Below, piece after piece: positions 24,308-39,417 of a DNA stretch of 64,000 nucleotides. The notes beneath the pieces were generated by a model. The model worked only from the letters and a program-made list of their open reading frames with translations, did not search any database and had not been told where the DNA came from. The position numbers and the translations under genes are program-made. The stretch comes from Basidiobolus meristosporus CBS 931.73. Taxonomy: Eukaryota; Fungi; Basidiobolomycota. The stretch lies in contig MCFE01000231.1 of NCBI GenBank assembly GCA_002104905.1, positions 57,424 through 121,423 on the forward strand, written 5' to 3'. How positions within the stretch are numbered: the stretch's first letter is position 1; each line of letters opens with the position of its first letter.

Positions 24308-25153
24308 TCAAAGCATATCTGGGTTGGTTACTCGTAGCTTTTTTGTGTAATCCACGTCATCTCTCAGGCTAAGACTGGACCTTCTTTGCCATAAGTGGCG
24401 TGTCTGAATACTTTCGTCCGAAGTGAGGTCGTATTCCGTCGTTTGTCGCCTTCTTTGATATAAGACAAACCCCAAAATCCCACATCCCAAGAGTACCACA
24501 CCGGCTAATGTAAACACGGCTGCCATCAGCCCTGTATTATCAATAAACGTTGTGGGCATAGGGTTGATGTTTGGTCCTCCACCGATTCCAGTCGGGAGAA
24601 AAGGTCTCTGTGAAGGTGACAGCGCTGGGGCTGGGCTTTGGACGTTGACTTCCCCGGTTCAACAGGTATTAGTTAAAAGGCAGCACGAACAGTTGATGAC
24701 GCTAAATGTACCTGTGGCTGGGTTTCCCGAAGTACTTGTTGGTACTTCTGTGTTCCCAGGCTGCTCAACAATTAATGAGTAAATGCTTGTATATCCATAT
24801 CCACCACAGTATTCCTTGTTGTTATCTTGGCAGGGGATGTCGCAGTTGCCCTCGCCCACCTTCCCGTTTCTGTGTGGCAACATGTTTCCGCAAGTACACA
24901 ATTTGCCTTCCTGAATCCCTACATACGGGAACTGGTGTCTTCCACAGAACTGTTGGCAGGAGATGAAGATCTGTGAAGGCTCAAACGATGGTGGGCTGAG
25001 GTTTTGGTTAGCTATTCCATTCAAAATTGGAAAGCTACCAGAGTCGCTGTAGCACCCAATCGAAGTCCCTGCCCTAGCCATGGTAAGGGATAAGAATAGA
25101 GTTAGAAGGATGGGAGCTATACAAGTGAGCTTCGGCTGGCTATATAGTGGCAT
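24308..25153 (-). CDS. WSC-domain cell-wall sensor (Wsc1-like), 2 exons
   Basis: Signal peptide, WSC domain (GCYSD..CQQFC..GKLCTCGN..CDIPC..CGG), phase-1 intron ~24649-24710, one TM helix, and tail LSLRDDVDYTKKLRVTNPD typical of Wsc proteins. Confidence 0.88.
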
Positions 25154-26212
25154 CCCACCGGGAACGAACTAGGTTCTAATAATAAACTAAGCGATAACGA
25201 AGAGAAGCACGCTGTGGAGGGGTTGTTATCAGATAGGTGCCGCTGTCAAAATATGGATGTATCTAATGGTGGCAGGCTAGGGGTGGTTCGGTAGAGTTGA
25301 GGTTGATAAAGGAACTTCAGAGGTAAAGGAGCAGAGTTCGAGGTATCAAGCGGAAAGTGAGAGCAAAGGGATCGTCGCAAGCGCTTCCCTAATGATATAA
25401 ACCAAGAAATATTCAGTAATCAAATTGTGCTCCGTGGAAGTGCATCTGGTGATAATCGAATGCATACACGATATTTAGACGAATTGTCTGAATGCAAGAG
25501 ATTGTCGTAGAATAATGTCGCCTTGGTTAGATTAGCCATAGCCGGGCCCTCAACTCTGGAATACGAAGTGAAGGAGCTTCGGAGAATTCCTCTAAATCGT
25601 TGATCTCTGATGGTCATTGTGCTAGGTGCCCAGCTTGTATCAGATGCGTAGGCCCGAGGACGCTGGCTCACTGGTCACCCAATGGACAAGGCCATCCGCC
25701 ATGGCAACTTCACTACCATGTATCGAATGTTGTCCCTAGTGAGAAGGCATTGTCCTGAGCCATGATGTAGCATTCCTCGGCTGACTTGTCTCCAGCAACA
25801 GTATGTAGTATCCATTCATTAGTCATCAGCCAGGTACCATGCAACTTGTTATGTAGGCGGAATACTGCTCCATTACGATTTGTCCAAGAAACCTTAAATT
25901 GAGCATTTAGATATCAAGTCAAATCAGGCTATGTGGATTTGGTGGATGATGAGATCAATCGAGCCATGCGGTCCAATCAATATTTCGTATGATAGTGTAA
26001 AAGAAAACGTGGTCATACTAGGTATAAAGCGATGAATAGTCTTAGGGTATGGCAACTTTTACGTAGCCGCTTGCAGTAATATCCACTCCACTATACAGCG
26101 TGCCCTTTCTTTGGCCCACTAAATCTAACTGGATTTTTTCCTTCAGATCTTCATCGATTGATTGATACGATCCAGTCTTATTGTATAGCTGCATTTACAA
26201 ATCGAACGAGCC

Positions 26213-28319
26213 ATGAGCTATCTATTTGGGAATTCATACGTTCTGAGTGAGGACGAGTCGGAGGAGGAGCAAACCGGAGAGAGTGAGCAATCCGCAGAGG
26301 AGTCGGCATCTGCGGACGAAAATTCGGCTAGTGAGGCAAATGAATCTGAAGATGAAGCGGATAACGCTCTAGAAAAATACAAGTGTTCAGAGTTCGCGAG
26401 CGAAATGTTGATATCTGGGGAGTTTGGTTTCTCGGACTCCTACTTCAATACCAGAAACAAACTAGGGAAAAGACCGTTTCTTGCCAATGTATGTGAGCAA
26501 ATCTCGATGAGAGAATACCTACCACGCCAGTTTTCCCAAGTGTCGGTTGCTCAGGTAGAATTTTGAGTTCTGCTCCTCTGGCTAGTGCACACCATAACTT
26601 TTTCGCTCCAAAGAACTACTGGCCTAACGGGAACGGGAAGGTTGTAGACAAGTATAACGCTCGAGTCTATTCCGGACAATATTCTGAGGATGGGTAAGCC
26701 ATAATTTGAACGAGGATAGCGTACGTATACCAATGCTCCATATCCCCATGTAGATCGTTCTTTTATACTTGCTGCCAAGATTTCCTTGTGCATATATACG
26801 ATACCTCTTCACCTTCGGAGTTTAAAGAGACCAAAGTGATCTCTGGCGAGATAGGTGCGCAGTTCTAGCTAAATTGTCTTGTATATATAGATAACGCTTG
26901 CTAACTTCTGCTCTGCGCATCTTAGGTCGATGGACAATTACCGGTATAGCCATAACATCCCTGATGTCTGATCGCAGACGTATCACTAACTAAATCTACA
27001 CTAGATGCGACACTAAGCGCGGACAACCAATGGATAATTTATTCCTCCATCACACCCGTTGTGTACATGGCCAGAACCGCCCCCGATGACGAAACCCAGA
27101 TTGCACTAAAATTCTCGGAATCTGAACACGCTACCTTTGGAGTAAGCAGTTTGGATGAACGATGCATGGCATTCTTACCCACCTCACACATTGCACGCAT
27201 ATAGCTGTGGTCAATTCGATTTTCTGGCGATGCCAGAGAAATTGTGGCCGGTGCTAGTGATTCCAGTATCTATGGTAAGATTAAATCTGATTGGAAGATG
27301 GAGATGGCCATTCTCCTTTAACCCGAACTCTTTTTCGTAGTGTTCGACGTGGAGACACAGACCATTCTATTTAATCAGCAAGGCCACAACGACGAAGTGA
27401 ACGCCGTGTGCTTTGCCGACCCGCAGTCTTCGCATGTGTTGTTTAGTGGAAGTGATGATTCCTTTGTCAAAGTCTGGTATGTGATTGCTTGTGAATCCTT
27501 CCGCGGCGCGGGCATTGGTCTGAACACTTTCGCTACTCCCGAAGGGATCGGAGATCGATGCGAGGAACGGACTGTAGACCAGCCGGCGTCCTTGTAGGCC
27601 ATACCGAAGGAATCACCTTCGTTTCCTCAAAGGGGGACGGGCGGTATTGTCTTACCAACGGAAAAGACCAGACCATGAAACTTTGGGATATTAGGTAAAA
27701 GGGAGACCACAGAGTAGCAGGAACCAGCACACATCAATGCCTGAACGCCTTCTTCTTGTAGAAAGATGATGTCCTATGATACCTTCGAAAGCTCCGATCG
27801 ATTAGACCTTCGCCTCAAATGGGATTACAGGTAAGACGATCGTTGGCGATCATAAGCAGCAATGCTCTCAGTACTCACTGCAGATGTCAGATTCCAAGAA
27901 TATCCCAGTCCCAAGATCGTCAAGCATCCTCAAGATTGCTCTGTTATGACCTACACAGGACATAGAGTCCTGAAGACACTAATTCGTTGCCACTTCTCCC
28001 CTATACACAGCACCGGACAGAGGTAAGCGCCCAGTACTGGTATTCAACAGTGTGCCACTTATATATTTCGTTTCGTAGATATTTGTATACAGGCTCTCAA
28101 GATGGTCTTGTCCACATCTTCAACTTGGAAGGTGAAGTAGTTCAGATCCTTGATGTTGGAGAGGCCATTGATCCATCCATTGTTGGTTTGCGACGAGCCG
28201 TAGCAAGAGACGTAAGCTGGCATCCCTACCTACCCATCGTTACTTCCACAAGCTGGTACGGAACAGAGGGGGCCTCTGGAACTATTGTTCAACACGACTA
28301 CTCGGCAGACAATCAGTAA
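26213..28319 (+). CDS. DCAF11: DDB1-CUL4-associated factor 11 (WDR23/LEC14B-like WD40 protein)
   Basis: RVYSGQYSED, GRWTIT|DATLS, FGIWSIRFSGDAREIVAG, GHNDEVNAVCFAD, LVGHTEGITFVSSKGDGRY..NGKDQTMKLWDIR, TYTGHRVLKTLIRCHFSP, RDVSWHP. Confidence 0.9.
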
Positions 28320-30172
28320 ATGGGCGTACGTGTCTTGTCAAGTCATTCACGTAAGAAAGTGATTATTTACCTTAGCATACTCGATACATTCCTCACATAC
28401 GAGAAGATGCTTTCGATACTTTTCGGAATTGTTCCAGCGATTTCTTGTACTACGTGTGTCAATTACTAAACATTCAAACTATCAACTACTGCGACATCTC
28501 CCAATGTGTGTTTGTGTGTGTGATGAACATGGTATTAAGCAATATATTATTATCCACTGAGCTCTATCTGCATATAATTATATTCGAGCTGGACGCACGG
28601 TAGCCATATTCATGAGTGAACCATTGCCAATCGACCACATTCTGTCATCTGTCCCCCTCCAATAGGGTGTAGAGCAAGACAGTGCTACCGACTCGAGTTC
28701 GCTTCTCGAACTACTCGTTTACTACTCATTCAGGATTGAATTCTCGAAACAACTGGGCCTCCTCGACCTGTAGCTGGCACAGCGGCCTATTTCCCGTAGC
28801 AACCGCAAAGGAGCATCGTGGCTGATCCTGGATCTAGCTTGGGCCATACAGAAGCCAAATATCATTAATATACAACCCAACAATTATTTAATCCACGGCT
28901 TGCTTGCGGTGAAACTACCAATGGCGCGATAGGCCGGTGGCAATAGAGAAAATGCGCCTAGAAAGTAGCCCAATATAAACATATACATGCACTGTAGTCA
29001 TCTGCCGTTATCCTCTTTCGCAGGTGTCTGCCTGTGTTCATCGAATTGCTCGAATTGGATTTGGAGTTTGGTGTGTTTGTAGGTTGATATACAAACTCAA
29101 TAATCCCAGCAATTGTGACATACGGAATTTGGATCGGCACAGGTCCACATATATTCGGCCAACAATCTACGGCCCTCCATATCGCCATAACACAAACTCA
29201 AACCCGTTGCTAAATATATGGAGGTCTGAACCCAACTCTAGAATCCATTCACAGGGCCGCACCTTCCTTAAATTTGCGCACAAATAAGCACTTGACTACA
29301 GGACCGTGCCTTTGACTATTTGGCTAACGGGTCAGTGAATCTAGGTAGAATTGCCCTGCTACTCTATTTGGCTGTTGAGGACTGTGAGGGTGGGCCTTTT
29401 CCCACTCTCTTCATATGAATCAACAGCAACGGAACTCGGCACAACTCGTCACATTCCACCGCCCAACATCCCTAGATGGCGGTCATTTCCGGGTAAGGAA
29501 ATGGATACATCACTCGACACTAATTTGGACAACTCTTGTGGGGAAATATTAATTGATTAATCGCAAAGTACACACCAATCCTCCACCAACGCTTCCACAG
29601 ACTCGCACCATCTCAACGCCTGGGCTGAGTCATTGCCCTTCTTAACCAGCGTGGAATCGTACACAGCAATGACAGAGCTCCAACATGCGAGACACCAGGA
29701 TCGAAGCATAGAAAAACCTGTAATGGGAACATTCTCTTGGAGCCACCAGAGCACGACAATCTGCCTAACCTCCACATGCGGCTATCCTAGATCGGTTTCC
29801 GAAAGAGCGCAACGTAATACCAATCAGGCTCTTTCCGCTGGCTCTTGCAGGGTCCGTGACACTCCCGCGAGAAAATCACAAGGATTTCTCCGTTCATCAA
29901 GGAATTTGGCTCAAGCTTCATGTGGCATTTCCAAAAATTACTTCAGAGACATCTCTGGTTTACCAAAAGGAGTGCTCGTTGCGGCCCAATATGGCCAGAA
30001 TGATCTCATGTTGAGCTGATGACTGAGTGATCATGGTATGTTCTGTCGTGTAATACACCTCCCCAGCTTGCCAATCGAAATACAGGGTTGAGAATCGCGA
30101 GCAAGGAATTGCATAAATAGGCCTCATGAGTCGGGCGATCAGTAAACATTTCACCTTACAACATTCTCCACT

Positions 30173-31139
30173 ATGGGCCTTGAAGATCCCACGAGGCTTG
30201 ACTTGGGCGATACCTCGTCCTCCCAAGAAGATGTTCCATTAACCAAACTACAAATAGCCATAGACCGTGTCGCATCAAATCTGCGCTACGAGTATCGTGA
30301 GTATTTGGCGGAGTTCCTGAGCACCATGGTTATGCTGATTTTCGGCAACTCCGTGGTCCATCAGGTCCTACTCAACACAAAGGGCACTTCCGGCGAATAT
30401 CTGAGTATCAATTTGGGTTGGGGGTTTGGTTTGACAGCAGCGATCTATTCCAACGCCGGCATTTCAGTAAGTTCGAGGTCACCCCATGGATGTTCGTAAA
30501 ATATGCTGATTTTTGGGAAACTAGGGCGCGCACTTGAATCCAGCGGTAACGGTCACCATGGCCTTGTTCAGAGGCTTCCCCTGGAAGAAAGTCCCAGGCT
30601 TTATCTGTGCTCAGGTAATAGGCGCCTTCTGTGGTGCAGCCCTTGTGCATTCCCTGTGGTTTCAAGCAATCGACGAGTTCGATGGCGGTGTTCGACAAGT
30701 TCTCGGACCCAAGGCAACCGCCGGCTTTTACGCCACATACCCTCAGCCTTACCTTAACATCGGTACGGCATTCTGGACTGAATTGCTGGCCACCAGCCTG
30801 CTGATGATTGGGATTCTGGGCTGTAACGATCCTCGAAATGCGGTTCACATCAGCGCAAATCCCATTTTTGTTGGTATTCTGGTCATTACCATTGGCATGT
30901 GTACTGGCTTCCTAACTGGGTATGCAATCAACCCCGCCCGTGATTTCGGGCCTCGCCTGTTCACCTGGGCAGCAGGATACGGTACTGAGGTATGGTCTGC
31001 CTACAACTACTACTTCTGGGTTCCCATCGTTGGACCCATGGTGGGCGGGGTTGTTGGTGGCTTCATATTCGAATTCTTAATGTGCGGAAAGCCGAAGCCA
31101 AGAAACCTGTTCCAGGGAAGTCAAGACTCAAATTTATAA
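30173..31139 (+). CDS. Aquaglyceroporin (MIP family, GlpF-like), 2 exons
   Basis: GIS|GAHLNPAVT and GYAINPARDFGPRLF: two NPA boxes, with the Asp after the second NPAR that is typical of glyceroporins. Confidence 0.95.
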
Positions 31140-31882
31140 ACCAGGGCCTCGCCAAGAGCGCACCCGGGAAGATCAGAAGCCTTGACTCTACGCCGAGGAG
31201 CGTGAACACATTTCGAGACTTGTCCAACAAATATTTACTCAACTCATACCATTGGATCAATTGGCTAGTCTAATAGATGGAAACTCCATCCGATTCATTC
31301 AGCAGCTATTAATAAATGTACATACGATTCACCCAGAGAATATTAATATCCATATTAAAATGGTACAATGCTTAGTTTCGATAGAGTTTACTGGCTGTGA
31401 TGTAAGCTGGATGTAGATGCAGTGGTTGTCCCACATTTCATGACCAAGAGCCGGAAATTGTGGGCTCTGTTGCGACAACGATCACTTCCTATACAAAGCA
31501 GAATTCTATCCATGTACCGCGTGATTTCCTGATTAAGCTCATCACTACATGGCAATGAGATAAAACATCGCTCATGCAGACAATGACTAATCCATCAAGA
31601 CATGCCAGGAGACGGCCAACCAGGCAACTCTTCAGTAAGCATTGATCAAGATTCTCCAGCTATTGTGTGTGACTTGTCTAGCGCTGACCGAAAATCAAAC
31701 ATCCATGGGTCGCCCAGAGAAACGATTTCTTGCGTCCCGTAAAATAGTTTATTCTAAGCAAACACACGGCTACACGAAACATTGATTTTAATATATGACA
31801 GGTTCCAAGGGAGCCGCTACCATTAGTCTAGAGGGCAGGAAAGATTAGCAAAGGATACCACCACACATAACATTGTAGCCTG

Positions 31883-32532
31883 TCACTTACTCTTCTTCTT
31901 GGAGACACCAACAGTTCTTCCTCTTCTGCCAGTGGTCTTGGTATGCTGGCCACGAACACGAAGACCCCAGTAGTGACGAAGACCACGGTGAGCGCGGATC
32001 TTCTTCATGCGCTCCAAGTCCTCACGGAACTTATTGTCGAGTCCGTTGGCCAAGACTTGGGTGTATTTACCGTCGACAATATCCTTTTGTCTGTTGAGGA
32101 ACCACTTGGGGATCTTATATTGAAGAGGGTTCTGGATAATAGTAACAATGCGTTCCAATTCTTCGTTTGTAAGCTCACCAGCTCTCTTGGTAAGGTCAAT
32201 GTCAGCCTTCTTGCAGACCATGGTAGAATAACGTCTACCAACACCCTTAATGGAGGTCAAGGCGAAGACGACCTTCGTTCTACCGTCGATGTTGGTATTA
32301 AGAAGACGAAGAATGTGCTGAAATTGGTTCTTGTCGGGGACTACGAGAGACTAGAGAAAAAAGAGCATCAATAACTGTCCTCTGGAGTTCGATACGCGTC
32401 ACATAGGGGGGTATGGCTCCGAGAAACTGCAGCTTCCCACGTGTATCGTCCCCACCGACGATTCCATCCATCACCCAAACCACTTCTTGTATATTGATCA
32501 CACATGCGAATAGGATAAGTTTCCCTTACCAT
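31883..32532 (-). CDS. RPS18: 40S ribosomal protein S18 (uS13), ATG-only first coding exon
   Basis: ATG 32532-32530, intron GTAAGG..CTAG 32529-32351, then [23 protein letters not shown]...[26 protein letters not shown]. Confidence 0.97.
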
Positions 32533-32936
32533 GATGAACGCTTAGACACCAAGTTAAGGAGAAGGTGCCAAACTCCGCGATCCCCATACTTTATTGTCCA
32601 GCGCCAATAGGCCGCCAACCTCCGAAAAAAATGCGAAAAAAATCGACGAAATTTTAGATCAACTATGCCATAGCTGAGTTGTCCTTCAGGAAGCCCGATA
32701 AACAAGGAATTCTCGTTTACCAAACCAATAATTCATGCAACTTTCCAAGAGCTATCTAGGCAAGAGTGAATAAAAATGCGTCAGATTCATTCCTAGTCCC
32801 ACAAAATCAATGCAATATTGATGAAGTGAATGACGAGTGACGAACTCTTGATAGACTGTTCTCACTGTTCTAAAATTCTGTTGTTCAGCTGTGCTTGTTA
32901 TCTTCTAGAGATAGAGGCGCATTAGTGTATATTGAA

Positions 32937-35900
32937 ATGGAATTTATTGAGGAACTTTCTAAAGTAGAAAGCAATGCTGGAGAAGGTGCTTTCGCTCAAC
33001 ACCATTGACGCATCAATCACAGACTAACCCATATATATGTACGTGTGTTTGTTAGCTTCTAGTAAAGATCTGGAATTCGACCTTTTAAGTGTCGGAAATT
33101 CTGGTCACGTAAAGCTCACACCGAAGAGTCGGGATCCTGTTAACGTTTATCACGCTGTCAGCGATGTAAGTGTTAAGTATTTCCACTGACTCACGCTCTC
33201 TCAATTCATTCATACCCCCAATAGCACCCTGTGGGATTCTCTCCTCCCATAACAAGGGATGAAATCTTAAGAGATCTGGAGGATAAATATCTCAAGCCAA
33301 AAGCCGCCATGAGCGATAAATGGCTTGCCAAATGCCAAGAGTATGACAACTTAGACAGTTTAAAGTTTGTCTCCATTACAAATTCCTAATGCGAAATTCG
33401 TCCAAAGATACTGGTTCAAGCAGCCTGAATACACCAATCTACTCCAACCGGAATCTTCGAAACCCGCAACAAAAATCAACTTTGTCAGAGATCCAATTAC
33501 TGATGAGATCATCGATTATCAAGAGGTATTTACCATCCAAGCTATTAATGAGCCTTGCCATGTAGTAATCTCGCACCAATTCTTCAAGACCGCAATACCC
33601 GAATCTTCTTTGACGGCCTATAATTCGACATCGCTGCAAAGAGAACCAGGCACAATGAGCAGTTTTGTTCGTGGAAAAGCGGGGAACTACCCATTTGCTC
33701 CAGGTACATGGAATTCATAGCGCGCATCACTTCAACAATTGTTAACAGTGGGGGACCTGGAATGATTTTAGGTGGTTTGGAGTCGGAAGTAATGGTTGAG
33801 ACAATCGAAGATATCGCCAAGGGGATTGAAAAGTCCTTGAGCCTTCGTGAAGGTTGAACACTATCTGAAAACGTGATATTACCCGACACGCATTGAGCTT
33901 TACAATCATGTAGATGAAATATTATCCGTTCCACCTGGCTTTGATCGTGGATTATCGCTTGAGGGTATAGAGGGCTATTTCGCTCTCCAAGACTATGTCA
34001 CTTATTGCTCACTCATCGTCAACTATCGACCTGTAGGACAAGAAAATAGATTCGACTTTGCCATACCGAATTCCTTAAGCATTGAGAATATATTCGATGA
34101 CGACGATTTTGATATTGATCAATACATCAACGAAGCGCCTGTAGGTTAAAAGCGATGCGTAACCAGCCATTTGATTTCTGACTTTCTGTAAATCCTATGT
34201 AGACGAAGGAAGAGGCCACTCAAGACAGTGCCACGGAGGGTAAATCTCTCCCAGTATCCCTACAGCTTTTCTTTACTAACAATCCCCTTCTTTTTGCACC
34301 AGAGAAATTATCGGAAAGCAAAGATGGCATGGAGAAAACCATCGATGAGCTTCTACCTGAGCACGTTAGTATACCTATTCGCCATCATGGCAGGCTTGTT
34401 TATTCAGCAAGCTGATTGTCCAACTACTAGGCACCTCCGATATTGATGGCTCCAAGGCAAGGCCCAGCAATTTCTCGCAACAAAGAGTGGGCACACGTAG
34501 TAGACATCAATAACAATCTACATAACTTCGATGAACTCGTGCCCGAACTAGCTCACGAGGTTAGCAAATTCAATAAGATCGTTCAACGAAACGATATCTA
34601 ACTCGCAGCGCAGTATCCATTCGAGCTAGATACTTTCCAAAAGCAGGCAGTATACCATCTGGAAAACGGTGATTCCGTGTTTGTTGCTGCCCATACATCG
34701 GCTGGTAAAACCGTTGTAGCAGAGTACGCCATTGCCTTGGCTAGCAAGCACATGACTCGGTAGGTTGCCTTTCGATGATGGATGTAACAGCGCGCGTACT
34801 AAACATACCAAACCGCTTTTCCCAAGGGCTATTTACACTTCTCCTATAAAAGCTCTGTCAAACCAAAAGTTCCGAGATTTCAAGAACACTTTCGAAGATG
34901 TCGGTATCCTTACCGGTGATATTCAGATCAATCCCGAAGCTTCCTGTCTGATTATGACTACCGAGATTCTTCGTTCCATGCTGTACAGAGGCGCTGACTT
35001 GATTCGTGATGTGGAGTTTGTGATCTTCGATGAAGTTCATTACGTGAACGACAGTGAGGTATAGTACCACTTATCAGAATGGCTTATCATCGCGCTATTG
35101 GAGGTAGAGTCATATTGACCATCTTTCTATTCGAAGCGAGGCGTTGTGTGGGAAGAGGTGATTATTATGCTTCCTGCCCACGTCAGTCTCATCCTCCTCT
35201 CCGCTACTGTGCCTAATACAAAAGAATTCGCCGACTGGGTTGGGTAATTCACTTTTCACTGGCTGAAATATAGAAATGCCAGTATACTAACAGGGGATTG
35301 CTCTACTAGCCGAACCAAGAAAAGAGACATCTATGTAATCAGTACACCACAACGTCCAGTGCCGCTTGAGCACTATCTGTTTGCCGACAGAGAGATCTAC
35401 AAGATCGTTGACGCGAGAAAGAACTTCTTGACCATGGGGTATTTCATCAATACAAGTCTCCGATGATGACTCATGTTCTTGGGATTTACTGTACGCACGT
35501 TTTGTCTAGATGGAAAGCTGCCAATGACGCATTGACCGGGGTCAAAGCCAAAGACAAGCCTAAAGCTGGTAGAGGCGGCAATGTTGCTTCTAGACAGACT
35601 AGCTACCGCGCGATGGAGAAGCAGGTCAGTTTATTCGTGCTGAAGAGCCTTGACCTATTCTTAATGCTTTGTTAGGACCGAAACCTCTGGATCCATCTAG
35701 TTGGCCTGCTCAAGAAAAAGAATCTGCTACCAGTGGTGGTCTTTACATTCTCGAAAAAGAAGTGCGAGGAGTACGCCAACGGGCTGACAAATACGGATTT
35801 AACCTCCGCCACGGAGAAGAGCGAAATTCATGTGTTCATCGAGAGAAGTCTCGTTCGACTGAAAGGTATGCCGTGCCAATACCATGTACCCACCTCATGT

Positions 35901-38734
35901 CAGGATTGCTTACTCGTTAAACAGGAACCGATAAGGAATTGCCCCAAGTCATGAAAGTACGGGATCTTTTGAGCCGAGGAATCGCTGTCCATCATGGCGG
36001 ACTGTTGCCCATCATCAAAGAAGTAATTGAATGCCGTGCGTATTTCTCTCTACATGTCCACTAACTGGTTGCTCGCCTAATTAGATGGTTGAGATTCTAT
36101 TCGCGCGTAATCTAGTCAAGGTCCTCTTTGCCACGGAGACTTTCGCCATGGTATTAGCCGATTCATCCAATCTGTTGCTCTGCAAATAGTCTAATATGGA
36201 TTCTTCGTAAATAAGGGAGTAAACATGCCGGCGAGAACCGTGGTTTTCTCTGGAATTCGTAAACATGACGGCAAAAGCTTTAGAGAGTTGCTTCCAGGTA
36301 ACGAACCAGGCGTCTTTCGTTTTGGATAGCTATTAACAACATTCATTCCCAAGGCGAGTATACTCAGATGTCTGGACGAGCTGGTCGACGTGGGTTGGAT
36401 TCGACTGGTGTCGTGATCATCGCGTGTGGCGGAGATGCTGCGCCCGAGGTTAGATTGTTGCTACTGTCAAGCCTTAAGAGCTGAATATTGAAGCCTTGCA
36501 TTTAGACCGCCATCTTGAACAAGATGATTCTCGGCCAGCCAACCAAACTTGAGAGTCAATTCCGCCTCACTTACAACATGATTCTCAATTTGCTTCGCGT
36601 GGAGGCCCTCAAGGTCGAAGAAATGATCAAGCGTAGTTTCTCGGAAAACGCCAGCCAGAAGCAGCTCCCTGAGCGTCAAAAGGCTTTCGCTGAGGTAAGC
36701 GCCACCCATAGCGTCTAACGAGACCTCAAGACAGATCTGACCCTGCACCTTAGAGCGAGAAATCCTTAAACAGCTTGGAGAAACTGGAGTGTACAATTTG
36801 TGTTCCTGACATTTACAACTACTACGACACCTCCTCGAGAATCTTGGAGCTGAGTCAGAGTCTAATGGCGAAGATCGCTACCCTACCCATCGGCATGAAA
36901 GCCTCTAATCCTGGTAGAGTCATTGTTTTAAACGCCAAAGTAATCAAGCTTTAACACGTACTGCTATGTTGTGCCTAATCCTGAGATTAACCACCCTCTC
37001 AACTCATAGCCATACAGAAACAGCCCCGCGGTCATCCTCAGGAATGCCACAACTGAGGTTTTGATGCGTTCGTCTAACGAACGATACCTCTGGTGCCTTA
37101 TTCTGACGGATAAATACCACGAAGCACTGACGGCCGAGGAAGGTGATCGAAACTTGTTGACTATGGTTACAATTGCACATGTGCTGATATGAACTTTCCT
37201 CGATCAGATTATTCAGAAGGAATTGTCCCGCTACCGGTAACCCGGGTGGCCCTACCTGATGCAACATCGTACACACATAGAATTGAGATGGTCTCCTTTA
37301 GTGACATCGCTCTCATTACAAGAAACACACTGAAGGTATGGGGGTTAAGACATCTTGCGTATACCACTGTTGCATAATCTTTACGTTGTCTATTTACTAG
37401 GTTGATTCAGAGGCAATTCTGGACCGAGTCAGCGATGTGGAGATTTCCAGAGTCACCAGAGAGCTATTCAAATACGCTGAAGAGGCCAATTCAAGTGAGT
37501 ATTGCATCTTATCTAGTGGACACGCCTTCAGAAGCACGGCGGATTCCTTGTAAACCCGATCCAGCAGCAGAGCCTCATCCCTTTGACTTCTCAGGCTCAA
37601 TCCAGGAGTATGATTGGAGTAAAATCCGCGAACTCGAATTCCAAGAGCAGAGCAAAGAAAAGGAGGCTCTATTCAACAATCTGGACAGATTCCAATGCAT
37701 CAGATGCCCGGACATGAGCGAGCATGTAAGTTAAGAGCCTTGGTCTGTGTGAGATATGACGATATGGATCTAACCTCAAGAACGAAGTACTCCATGGTTC
37801 ACGGTGAACGTCTATTGAAGGCTAAAGTGATGGAGCTTCAACACATCATTTCGGACCAGAATTTGGAACTGTTACCGGATTACCACCAACGCATCGAAGT
37901 GTTGAAACAACTGAAATTCATCGACGAGAACTGCACGGTCTCACTTAAGGGGCGCTTAGGGTGTGAGGTATGTTCTCCACGGCGTCAAGCCAGCTTCTCC
38001 ACAATCGTTAGCCTAACTGTTGGATCCAGATCAACTCGGCCGATGAACTTATTGTTACAGAGCTCATCTTGGACAACATTCTAGCCGAATTCGAGCCTGC
38101 CGAGATAGTTGCGCTGTTATCTTGCTTTGTATTCCAGGACAAAAACGCAAGCCCACCCACCCTAACGCCTCGTTTGGAGAAGGTACGTGCAGCCAGGTGA
38201 TAATGGCCTGATAGTTCGGTGGCTTCTAGACTAACTTGAACGTATCCAACCCAAGGGCCAAAAAATCATCCTCGACATTGCCACTCGAGTAGCCGAAACT
38301 CAAGAGCAATGCGGATTGAATGTTAGAGCGGAAGATTATCTACTCTCCTTGAGGTTTGGTTTGTCCGAAGTAGTGTACGAATGGGCCAAAGGAATGGTTA
38401 GTTCTATGTCAATGGAGTCTTGTTGATGATGTTTCGCCTGTAACCAAATTTCCTCTATAATACCAGTCGTTCAAACAGATCACAGACCTGACGGATGTTC
38501 AAGAAGGTAAGGCCTCTCTTTCTTTATTGAAAGTGTGAAGGGCAACACCATTGATTCCAACCACCTATAATTCTAGGCTCGATTGTCCGTTGTATCACTC
38601 GACTTGACGAGACATGTCGCGAAGTACGTAATGCTGCTAGGATGGTAGGAGATTCGAATCTCTATCAGAAGATGGAGGAGGCAGCAAGCTTAATCAAGAG
38701 AGATATTGTGTTTGCAGCCAGTTTGTATTTCTAA
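32937..38734 (+). CDS. SKI2: Ski2-like DExH RNA helicase (exosome cofactor), many exons
   Basis: Ski2 N-terminal motifs RDPITDEI and [15 protein letters not shown], then [81 protein letters not shown] and C-terminal [13 protein letters not shown]. The start codon is uncertain. Confidence 0.93.
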
Positions 38735-39417
38735 GATGTGCCTCTGCCGCATGCCACCTTCTACACATCCTATCTCAAGGAAGTCTCTTCGCAACCATAC
38801 TCTCTCTGTTTCCTCTCCGCCCCTGCCCCCAATCACTCTATGGTATTTTCGATTGCTCCTCTTAAGGAAACCTAGGGGATTTGTCTTGTAATAAACCCAA
38901 GTATCTGAGTGAAATCTAGCCAACATGTTATCGTATGGTGGATATTGAGAAATCAGCCGCCTTCACAACATGTGCTGCAAGAAACATATGCACATGCGAA
39001 CACCAATCTAACCACGGGATGCTATCAGCCACTTTCTATGATACTAATTGCTGTTCAGGAGATTCAGTGGGCTCTCGTCAGCCAATAGAAGAATCCCTGG
39101 GAGAGCGAGCACAAAAGCTACATGGATCCCATCGTATATGTAGACAACTTCGTCTGGACCAAGTCTCGTATGCTGATGGTACATTATTATCCCCACGATC
39201 GATGCAGTGCTCGTTGTCCCCTACAATCTGGTTCAGAAACGGCTAGTCATTCAAACGATAATGGTATTATTGAAAACTGACAAAAAGTGGAGTGTGGAAC
39301 TCAGCAGACCGAGTGGTATAATATTGTAAATCAAAACGACTCCATGAAGCCACGTTGGGGAAGTTGGGTAGGTCAATTAACTCTATTTCAAATAAAGTAT
39401 TCAAATGTGATGGCTTC

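Noticed and set aside
31943-32374. 143-aa plus-strand ORF; similar antisense ORFs at 9191-9529, 22517-23041 and 30408-30848
   Set aside because: Antisense shadows of conserved, codon-biased genes (RPS18, PA2G4, PKA-R, aquaglyceroporin) with no recognisable domains.
3702-38734. Apparent cluster of translation/RNA genes (uL4m, Ebp1, RPS23, MetRS, RPS18, SKI2)
   Set aside because: They are interspersed with unrelated genes and belong to large functional classes; enrichment cannot be shown without genome-wide statistics.
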